From positions 186,001-250,000 of the forward strand of contig NC_043009.1 of the NCBI RefSeq assembly GCF_006345805.1: a DNA stretch of 64,000 bases, given 5' to 3'. Below, piece after piece: positions 51,745 through 64,000 of the stretch. Numbering within the stretch: position 1 is the stretch's first letter; each line of letters starts with the position of its first letter. This stretch comes from Octopus sinensis. Its lineage: Eukaryota. Below the pieces are notes generated by a model that worked only from the letters and a program-made list of their open reading frames with translations, made no database searches and was not told the DNA's origin. The position numbers and the translations under genes are program-made.

Positions 51745-54700
51745 TTTCAAATTTGCTTCCATTTCTTGCCGAGTGTCTTCCCGGCTCCTAGGGCAAAGAA
51801 ACTCATAGTATACATTGGTAGGCCATTAAACCAAACTCAGTAGTTCGTTAATTTTTTTTTTTTTTTTTTTTAAAGTTAAATTTAAATTAAAATACATGAG
51901 CAGCAACAGTTCTCACATCGACAATGCTCTTCTCAATACGTGTGATGTACCAGTTAAGACAATCTTTTCCACTTCTTGCAGGGATGGTAAGCCAGGGATC
52001 ATTCTCATATAATTTTCGGTTCCCTTCTTGATCATTCCTAGTGCTCCTACGATCACTGATATTGTAACCGCCTTGAGATGCCACATTTCTTCAATTTCAA
52101 TGAGTAGGTCTTTATATTTTCTGAGCTTGTCAAACTCTTTCGCTGAGATATTATGATCACAGGGGATGCTCATGTCGATCAATAAGCAAACTTATTGTTT
52201 TGGTCTTTCACAACAATATCTGGTTTATTGGCCTTGATGGTTCGGTCTGTATGTACTGGAAAGTCCCACAGAATGGTTACATTTTCTCCTTCCGTTACAG
52301 CCTCAGGGTGGTGATTATACCACTTGTCGGCGGTTTTGATATTGTAATGCCGACTTATTAGCCAGTGGAGATATTGGCCAACTCTGTCATGTCTTAATTT
52401 ATACTCCACTGGTGCTAAGTCTTTACATCCAGAGATTAGGTGGTCCACTGTTTCAATCATGTCGTTGCAGAATCGGCATTTTGGGTCTGCTCCATTTTTC
52501 ATCACATTGGCCTGGTAGTTCCGGGTTAATAGGCTTTGATCCTGAGCAGCCAGGATGAAACCTTCGCTCTCTGCTTTTAGCCCTGAGCTCCGTAGCCACT
52601 GATGGGTTTGCTTCTGGTCAACATCAGCTTGTTTGCTGCGGTCACATATTTGCCGTGCAGAGGTTTCTCCTCCCACCTATCAGCCAATTGCTCGTGCGCT
52701 TGTTTCGTTGCCATCATTTTCACCTTCTTTGCAACAATAGTTGCCGTACTTCCCTCGGTTTGTTCAGTTTGGGTATCCTGCACGAGATCAATAGCAATTT
52801 TTTGCTTTCCTTTATGATAGAATGAAGCTTCTTTCGTCTCTCGTGATTTTCCACGAACTTTAGCATCCAGTCATGCGATATTTCGAGATATTTGGCCAGT
52901 CCAATTGTGGTTGTTTTGTAAGCTAGTTCAAATTGGATCAGGCCTCGACCTCCTTGGGCTCTGGGAAGGTAAAGGCGATCTACGTCTGCCTTTGGTGGTG
53001 CATCCTATTACAACTCAGCAGCTTGCGTATTTTTCTATCTATATTCTTTACTTCACTCATATTCCAGTTCAACACATTGTAGCTATAAGTAACAACGGGA
53101 ACTGCTAAGGAATTTATAGCTAACACCTTGTTACGTGCATTTAGTTCAGATTTCAGGACTGCGAACTCTCCTATAACATTCCTTCCTGATTTTCTCTTTC
53201 ATGCTTGCATGCTGAATACCAGAGCCTTCATTTATCCCTAAATATTTGTATGTTTGTTCTTGCTCAAGCTCTCTTATGACTGTGTCAACATCTAACACGA
53301 CTGAATTTGTGGTCTTCACTTTCCCTTTCTGGAAAGTGGCCTTGGCACACTTCTCAAGTCCAAACTCTATCCCGATGTCATCGCTGAATGCTTTCACGGT
53401 GCGCAATAGGCCTTCAAGTTCATTATTGTCTTTACCATAAAGTTTTAAGTCATCCATATAAAATAGATGGCTTATTTTTTTATTGGCAATTTTATACCCA
53501 TACCCTGTTCTGTTTAATTCACTTGTAAGGGGTATTAGGGCTATGCAGAATATTAAAGGTGAAAGTGAGTCACCTTGAAAAATTCCACAGTTGATGTTTA
53601 TATTTTCTGAGGCAAGTATCCATTAGAGTGGATAATTGGAGATTCGTATTCCACAACGACATATTGTGCTTCAGGAAGTTTGAAATCACAGGGGAAATTT
53701 TGAAGATGTCCAGCGATCTCAAGATCCATGGATGCGGTATACTGTCGAAGGCCTTTTTGTAGTCAACCCATGCGGTGCTGAGATTTCTGCGCTTGTTGTG
53801 ACAGTTCTCAAGGATCATACGATTGATTAGCAGTTGATCTTTGCATCCGTAAGAGCCTCGGCGGCACCCTTTTTGTTCAATGAGGAAAATATCATTCTTC
53901 TCCATGAATGCATATGTTTTCTCCGCCAGGATAGATGTTAAGATTTTATACGTGGTGGATAGACAGGTTATAGGCCGATAGTTTTTTGGAAGGTTGGTTT
54001 CGTTATTCTTTGGGAGTAGGTAAGTAATGCCACTTGCGAACCATTCAGGTGTTTTCTTTGGGTCTCTCATAATTGCATTGAGGAGCTGAACTGGCTTACC
54101 GTGTGCGCATGGGAGCGATGCGAGCCAGAAATTCGGCACCCTATCTTTACCGGGGGATTTCCAATTATGGGCCTTCGTGAGAGCCTTTCTTAGGTCTGCT
54201 ATTGTGATGTCTTCCCATGCTTGTTGTTGTAAATTTTGGTAGGATCCTTCAGTTTGTATAATCCAGTCTGCATTTATGTTGTACGTCTTCTTGTCACTCT
54301 AAATCCTTTTCCAAAAGTTTTGAACTTCTTCCATGGGAGGGGGGTCTTTAACGGTTACTTTCTCCTTCCCTATTTCTCTGTAGAATTTTTTGGCATGGAT
54401 GTGAACAGCTTATTTTGCTTGTAAAACTTGTTTCTCTCTCAAATCTTCGTATTCTTTGGGCTTTTGCTTGGACTTTTTGTTTCAGCGTTTCTTTTATTGA
54501 TATCAGTTCTTCTCTTGGTGAAGATCCAAATTTTCTCTTCATCTTTCTTCCTGTTCTGGATCTTACATCATTTCCACATATTAGTTCATTTAATATTGAT
54601 ATTTCCCCTCTCATAAATTCAATCTCTTTTTCAATTTTACTTCTCCAGGTTTGATTTTCCCAGGTTTTGTTTTCTTTGTTTTTTCGGGGGCATACAGCTG

Positions 54701-55965
54701 GTTTCAATTGCCTAGCAGAAGCGTAAATAATTTCATTTAACTCAGTAAAATCAGGTTTTTATTCTCGTATTATTTCATTTGTTACATAGTTGCCAATTTG
54801 GATTTGTTTTTTTATTTTGGTTTGTATTTGAGAGTTTATGAAGTGGTTCTCTATCATTCATACTTGTATGTCTTACAACTTCAAGCGTATTCAGGATTTT
54901 CTGCCTCATTTCTGTGTTCTTCAGCAAATGCGAGATCTTCAGTTACTGTTGTTTTTTCGTTTTCCTGGCTATCTTTAACAGGTACAATAGAATTTCTTGT
55001 ATCTTCAGGCCTTTGCGTACTTTGGTCAGATGGCAGTCTTTCAATTAAGCCTCGTGGCGGGCTATACTGTTCATCTGATTCTTCATTTCCTTTGTGTCTT
55101 ATATTTATGTCATTTTCCGTTGCGTGTTTGATCGCGCTTATTTCACTGTCTGTGAGTCTGTTATTTCTAAGGATATCCCTCCTCACATTTGCTAATTTGT
55201 TCTCGTCCAACTAGGGCCTACTGTCTTGATTCCGTGTTCTCCATATACTGTAAGAGTTTGCGGTGTGTCTCTCTTGAGATGGCCTACCTAATGCATAGTA
55301 ATAAGCGTATATTACTTCTTTATGGTGAAGGCGCATGGCTCAGTGGTTAGAGCGTCGAGCTTACGATCGTGAGGTTGTGAGTTCGAATCCCGGACCGGGC
55401 TGCGTGTTGTGTTCTTGAGCAAGGCACTTTATTTCACGTTGCTCCAGTTCATTCAGCTGTAGAAATGAGTTGCGACGTCACTGGTGCCAAGCTGTATCGA
55501 CCTTTGTCTTTCCCTTGGAAAGCACTGGTGGCGTGGAGAGGGGAGGCTGGTATGCATGGGCGACTACTGGTCTTCCATAAACAACCTTGTCCGGACTTGT
55601 GTCTAGGAGGGTAACTTTCTAGGTGCAATCCCATGGTCATTCATGACCGAAGTGGGGTCTTTACCCTTTACTTCTTTATACTCTTCTCGGGTCCATTTGT
55701 TCCGCTTACATTTTTCTTTCTATGGTGGTTGTGGTGGTGGTGAACTTGGAGGGCTCGAGTTGGGGGATTTCCCGTTCAAGTGACCATCCATGTCCGTATT
55801 CGGAGAAGAATTTGTGCCAGTTGATGACTTTTCGATCCCAGGCTGGCTCTTCCCTGGGGGATGCGCTTCCAGATTAACCATAGGACAAGCGATTTGGTAT
55901 ACTGATTTAGTTTTCCTTTTAGTTTCCAAAAACATTTTGGTGCTACGATAATGTTATCATTTTTT
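51745..55965 (-). mobile_element. R4/Dong-type element family C, near full length, frameshifted, interrupted by a SINE
   Basis: N-terminal Y.YY.ALGRP....Y.IWR..RP.LDENKLANVRR; RT WVDYKKAFDS and MDDLK; CRFCNDMIETVDHLISGC; KPDIVV; 3' end abuts a (TAA/CAA)n tract. Confidence 0.92.
55324..55668 (+). mobile_element. SINE family 2 inserted in Dong family C, 11-bp TSD
   Basis: A box TGGCTCAGTGG, B box GTTCGAATCC; TSD TACTTCTTTAT at 55313-55323 and 55669-55679. Confidence 0.95.
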
Positions 55966-56971
55966 AGCTTTGATTGGCTCGTGGGGACGGCCATCATTGC
56001 CGTTACAATTATAATCGTACCATTATAGCAGCCGTAGTCGGCTTATTATTGATTATTATCATCACCATTACCATCACTATCATCATTATCACCACCATTA
56101 CCATCATCATTATCATCATCACCATCACCACCATCATCTTCAATGATATTGTTTTATGTGTAGTTACAGCAGTATCTTATTATTGTTATTTTTGTTTTTT
56201 TATCATATCACCATCACAGTAGTGTCTGTCTGTTTGTCTCGTTGGCTGGCTTGATGGTTGGCTGGCTGACTGTCTTCACATGCCAGAGTTCTTGCCTGTC
56301 AAATAATACTTTCTTTGTGTTGGTTGAACTCTTTGTGTTGGATGAACTCTTTGAGTGTGTGTGTGTAGATAGATAGATAGATTATCAGCACTATTACTAT
56401 CATTATTATCATCATCACCATCATCACCATCACCATCAGTGATATTTTTTTTTTTTTTTTTTTTTTAGGTGGGGTCCTATCGGTCAAAAAATGTTCAGAT
56501 GTTTACTACTATTAGGCTTAAGAAAAATTAAGGAAGGGCTGTTCTGTATTGTTTGTGAATAGAGAAGTTGTGTTCGACCAGAGAGAATCTTAGCAACATC
56601 ATTTTATTTATTTTTTTTTCCATGTGCGTTTGTGTTATTGCAATAAAACGTGTTTGTATATTTCCTGTAAGGTAATATTGTGGAGGTTGAAGTTGACTTT
56701 TCTGGAGATGTTTGTATGTCCAGTTAGAAGAACAGGTGTGTTTTTACAATAAAAAGTATATGTTTACATTTATATTTGAATATTCAGGGAGGAAGCAAAG
56801 AAAAGTCAGATTTTCATAGAAAGTTTTAGGGTTTTGTAAGTCCACAAAAAGAAAAGTGTGATGTTTTTAGAGAAAAAAAAAAAAGGATGTTTACAGAGGC
56901 AATTGTGGGTATCAAAGTTTTTAAAGCTGGTCGAATGTATGATTGAAAACTGTAGACATATAAATTTGTAA

Positions 56972-57038
<67 letters not shown>

Positions 57039-57989
57039 GTTATTATTATTCGATGTGAAATACGACAGACGTGTTTCTGAAGGCTCGGAGTAAGTTCTCA
57101 TTAATTTTTTTGCATACACCCGTTTGGTGCTTTTGTTTGAAATTTTAATCCCATGTCGTTATTGAAAAAACCCCAGGAACCCGTTGCTGGGCTTTCTGTA
57201 CTTGTTTGGCCCCATAAGGGTCAAGTTTCGACCCTCTAGAAAAATCGCCCTATAGATGTTTTAAAAGCAATAATTTATAAAGATGGCGTGAGTGAAAAAT
57301 CAGTTATTCTACCCAGCCTTCCTACAACTGAAGACCTCACTCCCCTTCCTTCTCTTACCAAAAAAAAATAAATAATGCAGAAGGAGGTGAGGCGGTAAAA
57401 GTGATGGAAACAGGCAAAACTCTAATCTGTCAAGAGAAAGAAGCGGTAAATAGTGGAAAAAAATATTTATGACAACAATAACGGCAATAACAAAAGTGTC
57501 AGTAGTAGAAATGGCAAAAGCAATGGTGGTAGTGACAGTAGAGATGGCAAGGACTATGGGATTGTGAAAAATAGCTGCACTAACGACAGCTTCGACAATA
57601 GGAGTGTAAAGGGAACTGGTTGCTTCTTTACACTTTTGGGGTGCAACTTGGGTGCAACACAATTTTCTTTCTTTTTGTTTCTAGAAACTACCAGTCAGGA
57701 ACGAAACGCAAGTTTAAAAATATATACAATTCTTTATTCTTTGTTTCAACAATGAAACACGATGGTATACTGGTATCCACCTGGTTCAACACAGCAAGGC
57801 TGAATTCTAACGTTTGTAAGCTTCTTACAACAATTCAGCAGCAATAGAACAGGTTAAATCCTAAGCGTCTGGGACAGGGGAATAGGCTAATCACACGTTT
57901 AAAAATACGTCCTTTCTCTTCTATCGCCGTGTCTCAAGTCCCCGACGCTATTAAGGAACGCGATAGAATTTCTTCTTCAGTCTCTAGCG

Positions 57990-60658
57990 CATGTGCATGA
58001 GGGAACTTCCTTATGCCTTTCCAGAAGGTTCCAAGCCCGCACACGCACACTGAAGAAGGACGTTCCGCACACACACACTGAAGAATGACGTTGCGTGTGC
58101 GCACACTGGAATATGACGTCACTACAAAGGTGACGTACCGCACACGCACACTGAAGAATGACGTTGCGTGTGAGCATACTGGAATATGACGTCACTACAG
58201 GAGTAACAGTAGCAGTGACAGCAACACAGTTGGCGGAGGCAGGAGCAATGATAGCTATGGTGGCGAAGTGGTTGGACGCAGCGCTGGTGGTGACAGCAGC
58301 AATAGCGCAAGTGGCTACTACCTCACCACCACCACCACCAATAATAAAACTTCTTTCGCTAGCGCTGTCGCTTCAAAAGAACTCTTTGCACTCTCTTTGG
58401 GCGATAAAACCTCTAAATTAGCAAACGCCACTAAGTTTCGAAAAATAGATGGCAGAAAGGCAAAATTAAAACAGCTACAAGAAATTTTTGCGAATACGGC
58501 AAGAAAAATAGTGACGTGCCATTGCATTTTCCGCAAATCAAAACAGATGGAAACAGCAATGACCGTCCAGATAGAAAGAGTTCTTCAGAATATATGCAGG
58601 ACATTGACTATATATCGAGGGCAAATCAGTTTGGCAGGATGGAGATTTTATTTAAAACTGAAGCCCTGGCTATTCAACACTTGGTGGCCGCCTGCTGCAG
58701 CAAAGAATTTGTGCTCTTCTCTACGTATATGGGAAGAAGAGCGGTGAAGATTACCATAAAGGGGGTGTCACCAGAGCTAGATCTGTAGTTGGTACTCGCG
58801 TGCGTGGTAATATATGAAAGTGATAATCTCCTGGAGGTGAAGAGATCAAGGAGGGAGAACTAGACAGGAATCACACTCCATGTAAGACGAAACCAACTGG
58901 AGAAGATTCCTGACCTCATCTCCCTGCCGAGTGGAACTCAGTTGAAAGTGACTGTGGAAGGCAGACGTCCGAGATGTCATGTCTGTGGCATCACAAATCA
59001 TTTACTGGCGTTCTGCCCACAAGACAAATACAAGAGAGGAGAGAGAAGGGCCCCATTGCCGATGTCACAGCCATTTTCACAACAGCAACAACATCTACAG
59101 GAAAATAAAAGAGTAAGGCAACATTAGCATCTCAAGGCAGAACCACAGTGGTGGCTCCAGCTGAGGTAGAAGGGCCAGCAGCAACAGAAAAAGGGCCAGC
59201 GTCAGAAACAGCAGCAATAAAAACAGCCCCAGCCGTAGCACCACTATCGTTACCATTAAAATGGACAACTACTTTAGCAAAGAGGACCAGCCAGGTTTTT
59301 TCCCCCAACCCAGCTCTCCATCTCCCTCTCTCTAACACACGATCATACATAGACCCCCACAGAAACAAAAGCACACATCCACCCATGTCGGGAATGGATT
59401 ACACAGACTCCGATTCCTACACATCCTGAAATGAGGAAGAGGAGGAACAATATAAGTCAACACAATCAAAAGGAAAGCGCAGGAGAAAAACATCCGGATC
59501 AACACCAATACAAACATCAGCCACCACAAAAAGAACCATCACACAGACAACAAACCTTCCAGCGCAACACCCTCTTGCACAACAAACGCTTTCACCACCA
59601 GTGCAACCAACACCACCACAACCCCACCTCCCACCACAAAGGAAAGCTTTCGGAAGAATTGTTAAATTCTCAGACCCCGAATTTTGTGTTAGTGAAGAGA
59701 ACAAATAAAGATCTCATGGCCATCATAGCCCAAAATGAAGAGATTGAGAGAGATGGATTAATTCACGACACCTGCACCTTTAAAGTACCAGAAAGGGCAA
59801 CACCACCAGCAGAGTAAGTAACCACGCCCTTTTCCTTTCTCACAGCTCATTCCGACAGACATGGGTTTGATTAGAGTAGGTTGTGCAAATATTCGTGGCC
59901 TGAGATCGCCCTGGAAGCAGGGTCATCTGCTCAACGACTTTAGGTCACTATCCATGGATGTGATAGCTGTCAGCGAAACCAGGAGTTCCGACTCACGCGA
60001 TCTGGTCCCCATTTTCGACGATTTTCAGATCTACGTACCTCTTAGTCGGCCTAGAATGGGGGTGGGTGGCAGTGCTGCTTAGGAAAGGCCTGGATCTCAA
60101 AGTACGGACGACGTTCCTGGGCGCGGAAGGTAAGTTGTTGGTTCTGGATGAGAATTACAGCGAAGGTAGTGCTTTCAGACTAGTCGCTGTATACGACCCA
60201 ACTGGGGCATGGCAACCTAATTTCTTCAGATATTTGGAGGCTTTCCTTGGGATATCTCGCTCTTTACTTCTAGTGGTCGATTGGAACACCATCATGGATG
60301 CACGCCTGGATAGGATGGGGCTACCTGATAGGGGAGTGGGGTGCAAAAGCCTCACAAACCTGCTCAGTCGTTTTCAATTGGCTGACAGCTACTGACTGGA
60401 TTTCCGAACGCGCCAGTGTGAACATAATGACATAGCACCGGGTCTTCCAGACCATATTTAGATAGGATATTCTGTAGGCCAGTAGAAAGATGTAGCATAG
60501 GTTTCCACAGTTCAAAGTCGTCAGCTACACAGACCACAAATTTGTGATATGCCTGCTCGACCCAGTTAGGATCCATAGGCATGGCCCCTGGTACTGGAAG
60601 TTGAACGCGTCTTTCTTAACGCGTCAAGCATCCCGAAACAAGCAAGCTAGTCCATCGG
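57990..60658 (+). mobile_element. Tx1/L1-like LINE 5' part (repeat-containing 5' region, ORF1 with zinc knuckle, APE domain), truncated at a TAA tract
   Basis: ORF1 knuckle CHVCGITNHLLAFC; ORF2 from 59861: CANIRGL, VIAVSETR, FRLVAVY, DWNT..DARLDR, TDHKFV, GPWYWKLNAS. Confidence 0.85.
58038..58200 (+). promoter_or_regulatory. 73-bp tandem monomers with multiple CRE-like TGACGT(CA) sites in the LINE 5' region
   Basis: TGACGTCA at 58114 and 58187; TGACGT at 58086, 58131 and 58159. Function is inferred only. Confidence 0.4.
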
Positions 60659-60669
60659 ATAATAATAAT

Positions 60670-60706
<37 letters not shown>

Positions 60707-60745
60707 GTAATAATATATAATAATAATAATACTAATATAATAATA

Positions 60746-60830
<85 letters not shown>

Positions 60831-60972
60831 AATAATAAATAATAATAATAAAATAATAATAATAATATAATAATAATAAATAATAATAATAATAATAATA
60901 TAATAATATAATAATAATAATAATAAAATAATAATAATAATAATACAATAATAATAATAATAATAATAATAT
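60659..60972. repeat. Long imperfect (TAA)n microsatellite
   Basis: Directly visible. Confidence 0.95.
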
Positions 60973-60974
60973 AC

Positions 60975-61378
60975 ACAGGAGCTAAGATGGCATCTCAAGA
61001 CGGTTATAATACTAGTGATTGCAGGAGCACTTGGAATGGTAAAAAAAAACCCTGAAAATTATTTAAGAATGATCCTTGGATTACCATCCATGCAGGAAGT
61101 GCAAAAGATTGTATTAACTGATACGTCACACGTATTGAGAAAAGCATTGTCGCTGTGAATGTTCTTTCCTTTTTTGTCCTTTATTTTCTCCGTTTATTTT
61201 TATATTTTATATTTTTTCCTTTTTCCTCTCTGTCTTTCCTCCCTTTCTCTATCACATGACTTTGTAAACGAACAATCTGGTGTGATTATTTGAATGGTCT
61301 GCAAATGTATACACTGCGTTTCTCTGTCGTAGGTGTCAGGAAGGCACTCCGCAAGAAAAGGAAACAGAACTGTAAGAA
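60975..61378 (+). mobile_element. 3' fragment of a Dong element related to family C
   Basis: WHLK...I..GALGM......YLRMI.GLPS.QEVQKIVL..TSHVLRKALSL; the 3' UTR resembles the reverse complement of 51745-51790. Confidence 0.8.
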
Positions 61379-61458
61379 GATGATAATGAAAGTGATAACA
61401 ACAACAACAACAATAACAACAACAACAACAACAACAACAACAATAATAATAATAATAA

Positions 61459-63600
61459 TAAATGAACACTAAATGAACTAACCAAAATAGATAGGAAAAC
61501 AAGAAAAATAATGACAGGATCTAGGATGCATCACCCAAATTCTGACATAGAAAGGTTATATATACAACGTATAGAAGGTGGTAGAGGCCTTATAAAGCTG
61601 GAAAACTAGTATAAAATAACCACCATAGGACTGCAACATATCTACTTCAGAAGGAAGGAAAACTGATACAAATAGCGGCAAAACACGAGCAAAACAAAAA
61701 ACTTTCTCAGTATTTAATGAAGCTGTCAAATACCAACAAGAATCATACCACCTAATAAATATGAAGAAGAAGAAGAAGAAGAAGAAGAAGAAGAAGACAA
61801 AAGAAGAAGAAGAAGAAAAGAAGAAGAAGAGAAGAGAAGAAGAAGAAGAAGAAGAAGAAGAAGAAGAAGAAGAAGAAGAAGAAGAAGAAGAAGAAGAAGA
61901 AGAAGAAGAAGAAGAAGAAGAAGAAGAGCTATAAAACAATTGAAATCCAAGCTAAAACTAGAACAGAAACTGACTATGAATAAACGATGGCAAGAAAAGC
62001 CCCTTCATGGCAAATACTGGACTAAACTAAACGCAAAAGAAATAGACAAAGAAAAATCCCAGCAATGGTTGAGAAGCTCAGGACTCAAAGCAGAAACAGA
62101 GGGATTTTTAATTGCAGCACAAGACCAAAGCCTCCCCACCAGAAATTACCAAAAACACATAATGAAAAGAAATACAAGTAACTGCAGAATATGTGGAGAT
62201 GGACAAGAAACAATAAATCATATTATCTCTGGCTGCCCTGTCCTGACTGAAAGGAATATAAAATAAATAATATAAATAAATTATTGTAACAGTGCTCAGG
62301 TGCACCACACAACTTTGTCAGCAGTGCATATAAAGCCACATGCGTAATGTACAGATGTCTGGGAAAGCGAACAATGCATGAGTCAGATACTGCTTGTTGT
62401 GTGTATGGAGGGGAGAAAATCAGTTGTAGTGTTGGCGAATCTCAGAATGCATGGAAGTTTTAAGGATGGCAGTGCCTTCAGTGCTCCGACACTAACAACT
62501 GATGCCGGTAGTTTGTTCCATGCTTCAGCAACTCTCAGCGTGAAAAAATGTCATGGGAGCTGTGCTGTTTCCTGACTTTGTAAATATGTCCACGGGTGTT
62601 AGATGGGTGAAGTTTGAAAAGGTGCTGAAAGTTATTGTTTGTACGATGGTTGATAATTTTATGGGTGTATGCCAAGTCAGCTGCCAGACGTCGGAGTTTC
62701 AATGTGTCCATGCCCAGGGAAGTAAGGAGTTCAGAATATGGCAAATGCCTGATGGAGGGTATTCTTTTGGTTGCATGTCGCTAAACGGCTTCCAGACTAT
62801 TGATATTCTGGGCAAGATAGGGGTTCCAGACCGGTGATGCAAATTCCAAGTGAGGTCTTACCATAGCTATATAAGGCCGCAGATAGATAGTCGGAGAGCG
62901 GCTCACAAAGGATTTGGTGAGTGATGCCAGGATACCCTCAGCCTTCTTGACAATTTAGCGATGTGTTTTGTCCAACGCAAATCACTGTCGAACAATAACA
63001 CCCAGGTCACGTTCACAGACACGACTGAGTTGGGACCTACATACACTGGAAGCTATGACAACATTATGGAATAACAACAGAAAAAAGATGGTATAGGCAC
63101 ACACCAGAAAAGGTCACAGAAAACGAGAAAGTAACCATACACTGGGATATGCCGATACACACAGATAGAGAAATGAAGGCCAACAGGCCAGATATAGTTG
63201 TCAGAGATCATGAAGAAAAAAATGCTTTCTAATTGATGTATCAATACCAGCAGATAACAACGTGTCTCTAAAAGAAATGGAGAAACTTTCAAAATACAGA
63301 GACCTGGAAATAGAGGTAACTCGAATGTGGAATATAAAAACAGAAACAATTCCTATCATAGTAGGCGCATTAGGCATGATAAAAAAAACATTCAGACAAA
63401 TAAATAACAAAAACACCAGGACTTACAAACACATATAACATACAGAAAATTGCACTACTAGGCACTGCACACATCCTACGCAAAACACTTTCAATACAGT
63501 AAGCATCAGAGTATCACAACAAATCACAGCACATACCCAAGGCACACAGAGCTGCGCTCGGTAGTGAAGTGAAAGCACGCTATAAAAATAAAACTACTGA
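61459..63600 (+). mobile_element. Dong family A copy 3, 5'-truncated, split by a CR1 insertion (62270-63018), with expanded (GAA)n
   Basis: The left part ends at GCPVL..KEY (~62250) and the right part resumes at HRHD..VGTYIHWKL (~63019); TAA tail follows 63600. Confidence 0.92.
62270..63018 (-). mobile_element. CR1-group LINE 3' fragment (same family as 16444-17340), nested in Dong
   Basis: MPYSELLTSLGMDTLKLRRLAADL is shared with the 16653-16916 ORF. Confidence 0.9.
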
Positions 63601-63692
63601 ATATAATATAATAATAATGATAATATATTAATAATAATAATAATAATAATAATATAATAATATAATAATAATAATAATAATAATATAATAAT

Positions 63693-64000
63693 AATAACTG
63701 AAGACAGCCACAGAAGAAGAAAGGCCTCAGTCCTCGATTGACTAAAAAGGCGTTTGATAGCATCCCCCACACATGGATCCTCGAAACACTAGCCATTAAC
63801 AAAGTAGCACCAACAATCATAAAAAATTCATAAGGGCACTCTATGAATAAATGGCAAACAGTGCTACAGCTACAAACAAAAGAGGGACTCATGAAAAAAC
63901 CAAAGACATCCCCATTAGAAGAGGAATATTCCAGGGAGACACGCTCTCTCCACTCCTTTTCTGCTTGGCACTGTCTCCTCTATTTGATATACTAAATAGA
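63693..64000 (+). mobile_element. Dong family A copy 4 (5'-truncated start, runs off the window)
   Basis: Matches copy 1 from ~684 (ATAACTGAAGACAGCCAC) to ~990; starts inside the TAA tail of copy 3. Confidence 0.88.

Noticed and set aside
57309-57760. N/S/G-rich 100-aa ORF
   Set aside because: Low-complexity trinucleotide-derived sequence with no domain signal.
58038-58200. CRISPR-like repeat-spacer array or HHRs (CTGAAGA repeats)
   Set aside because: Eukaryotic tandem duplication with identical spacers; no GAAA or stem III.

Overview
AT-rich, microsatellite-saturated animal genomic DNA. The SINE families and repeat style suggest an octopus or other cephalopod (inference, not verified). I recognise no host protein-coding exon; the window looks intronic or intergenic and is almost entirely transposon-derived. 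Contents: three families of R4/Dong-type RLE non-LTR retrotransposons, all sitting in (TAA)n tracts; a near full-length CR1/L2-group LINE plus 3' fragments; Tx1/L1-like fragments; Penelope-like (PLE) RT and GIY-YIG fragments; several tRNA-derived SINE families; Helitron, mariner, Tc1 and probable Chapaev-like remnants. Main observations: (1) type-I hammerhead ribozyme (HHR) motifs from about six mutually unrelated short repeat families, each with a palindromic stem III and several supported by compensatory changes; one appears split by a Dong insertion and one sits at the centre of a fold-back; (2) a 3.7-kb inverted-repeat PLE-type structure with an HHR in each arm; (3) a LINE and SINE pair sharing a covarying 3' stem-loop tail. 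PLE-borne HHRs are an established class, so any novelty lies in these particular families and variants. Most long ORFs in the track are microsatellite artefacts, and some indels may be long-read consensus errors.
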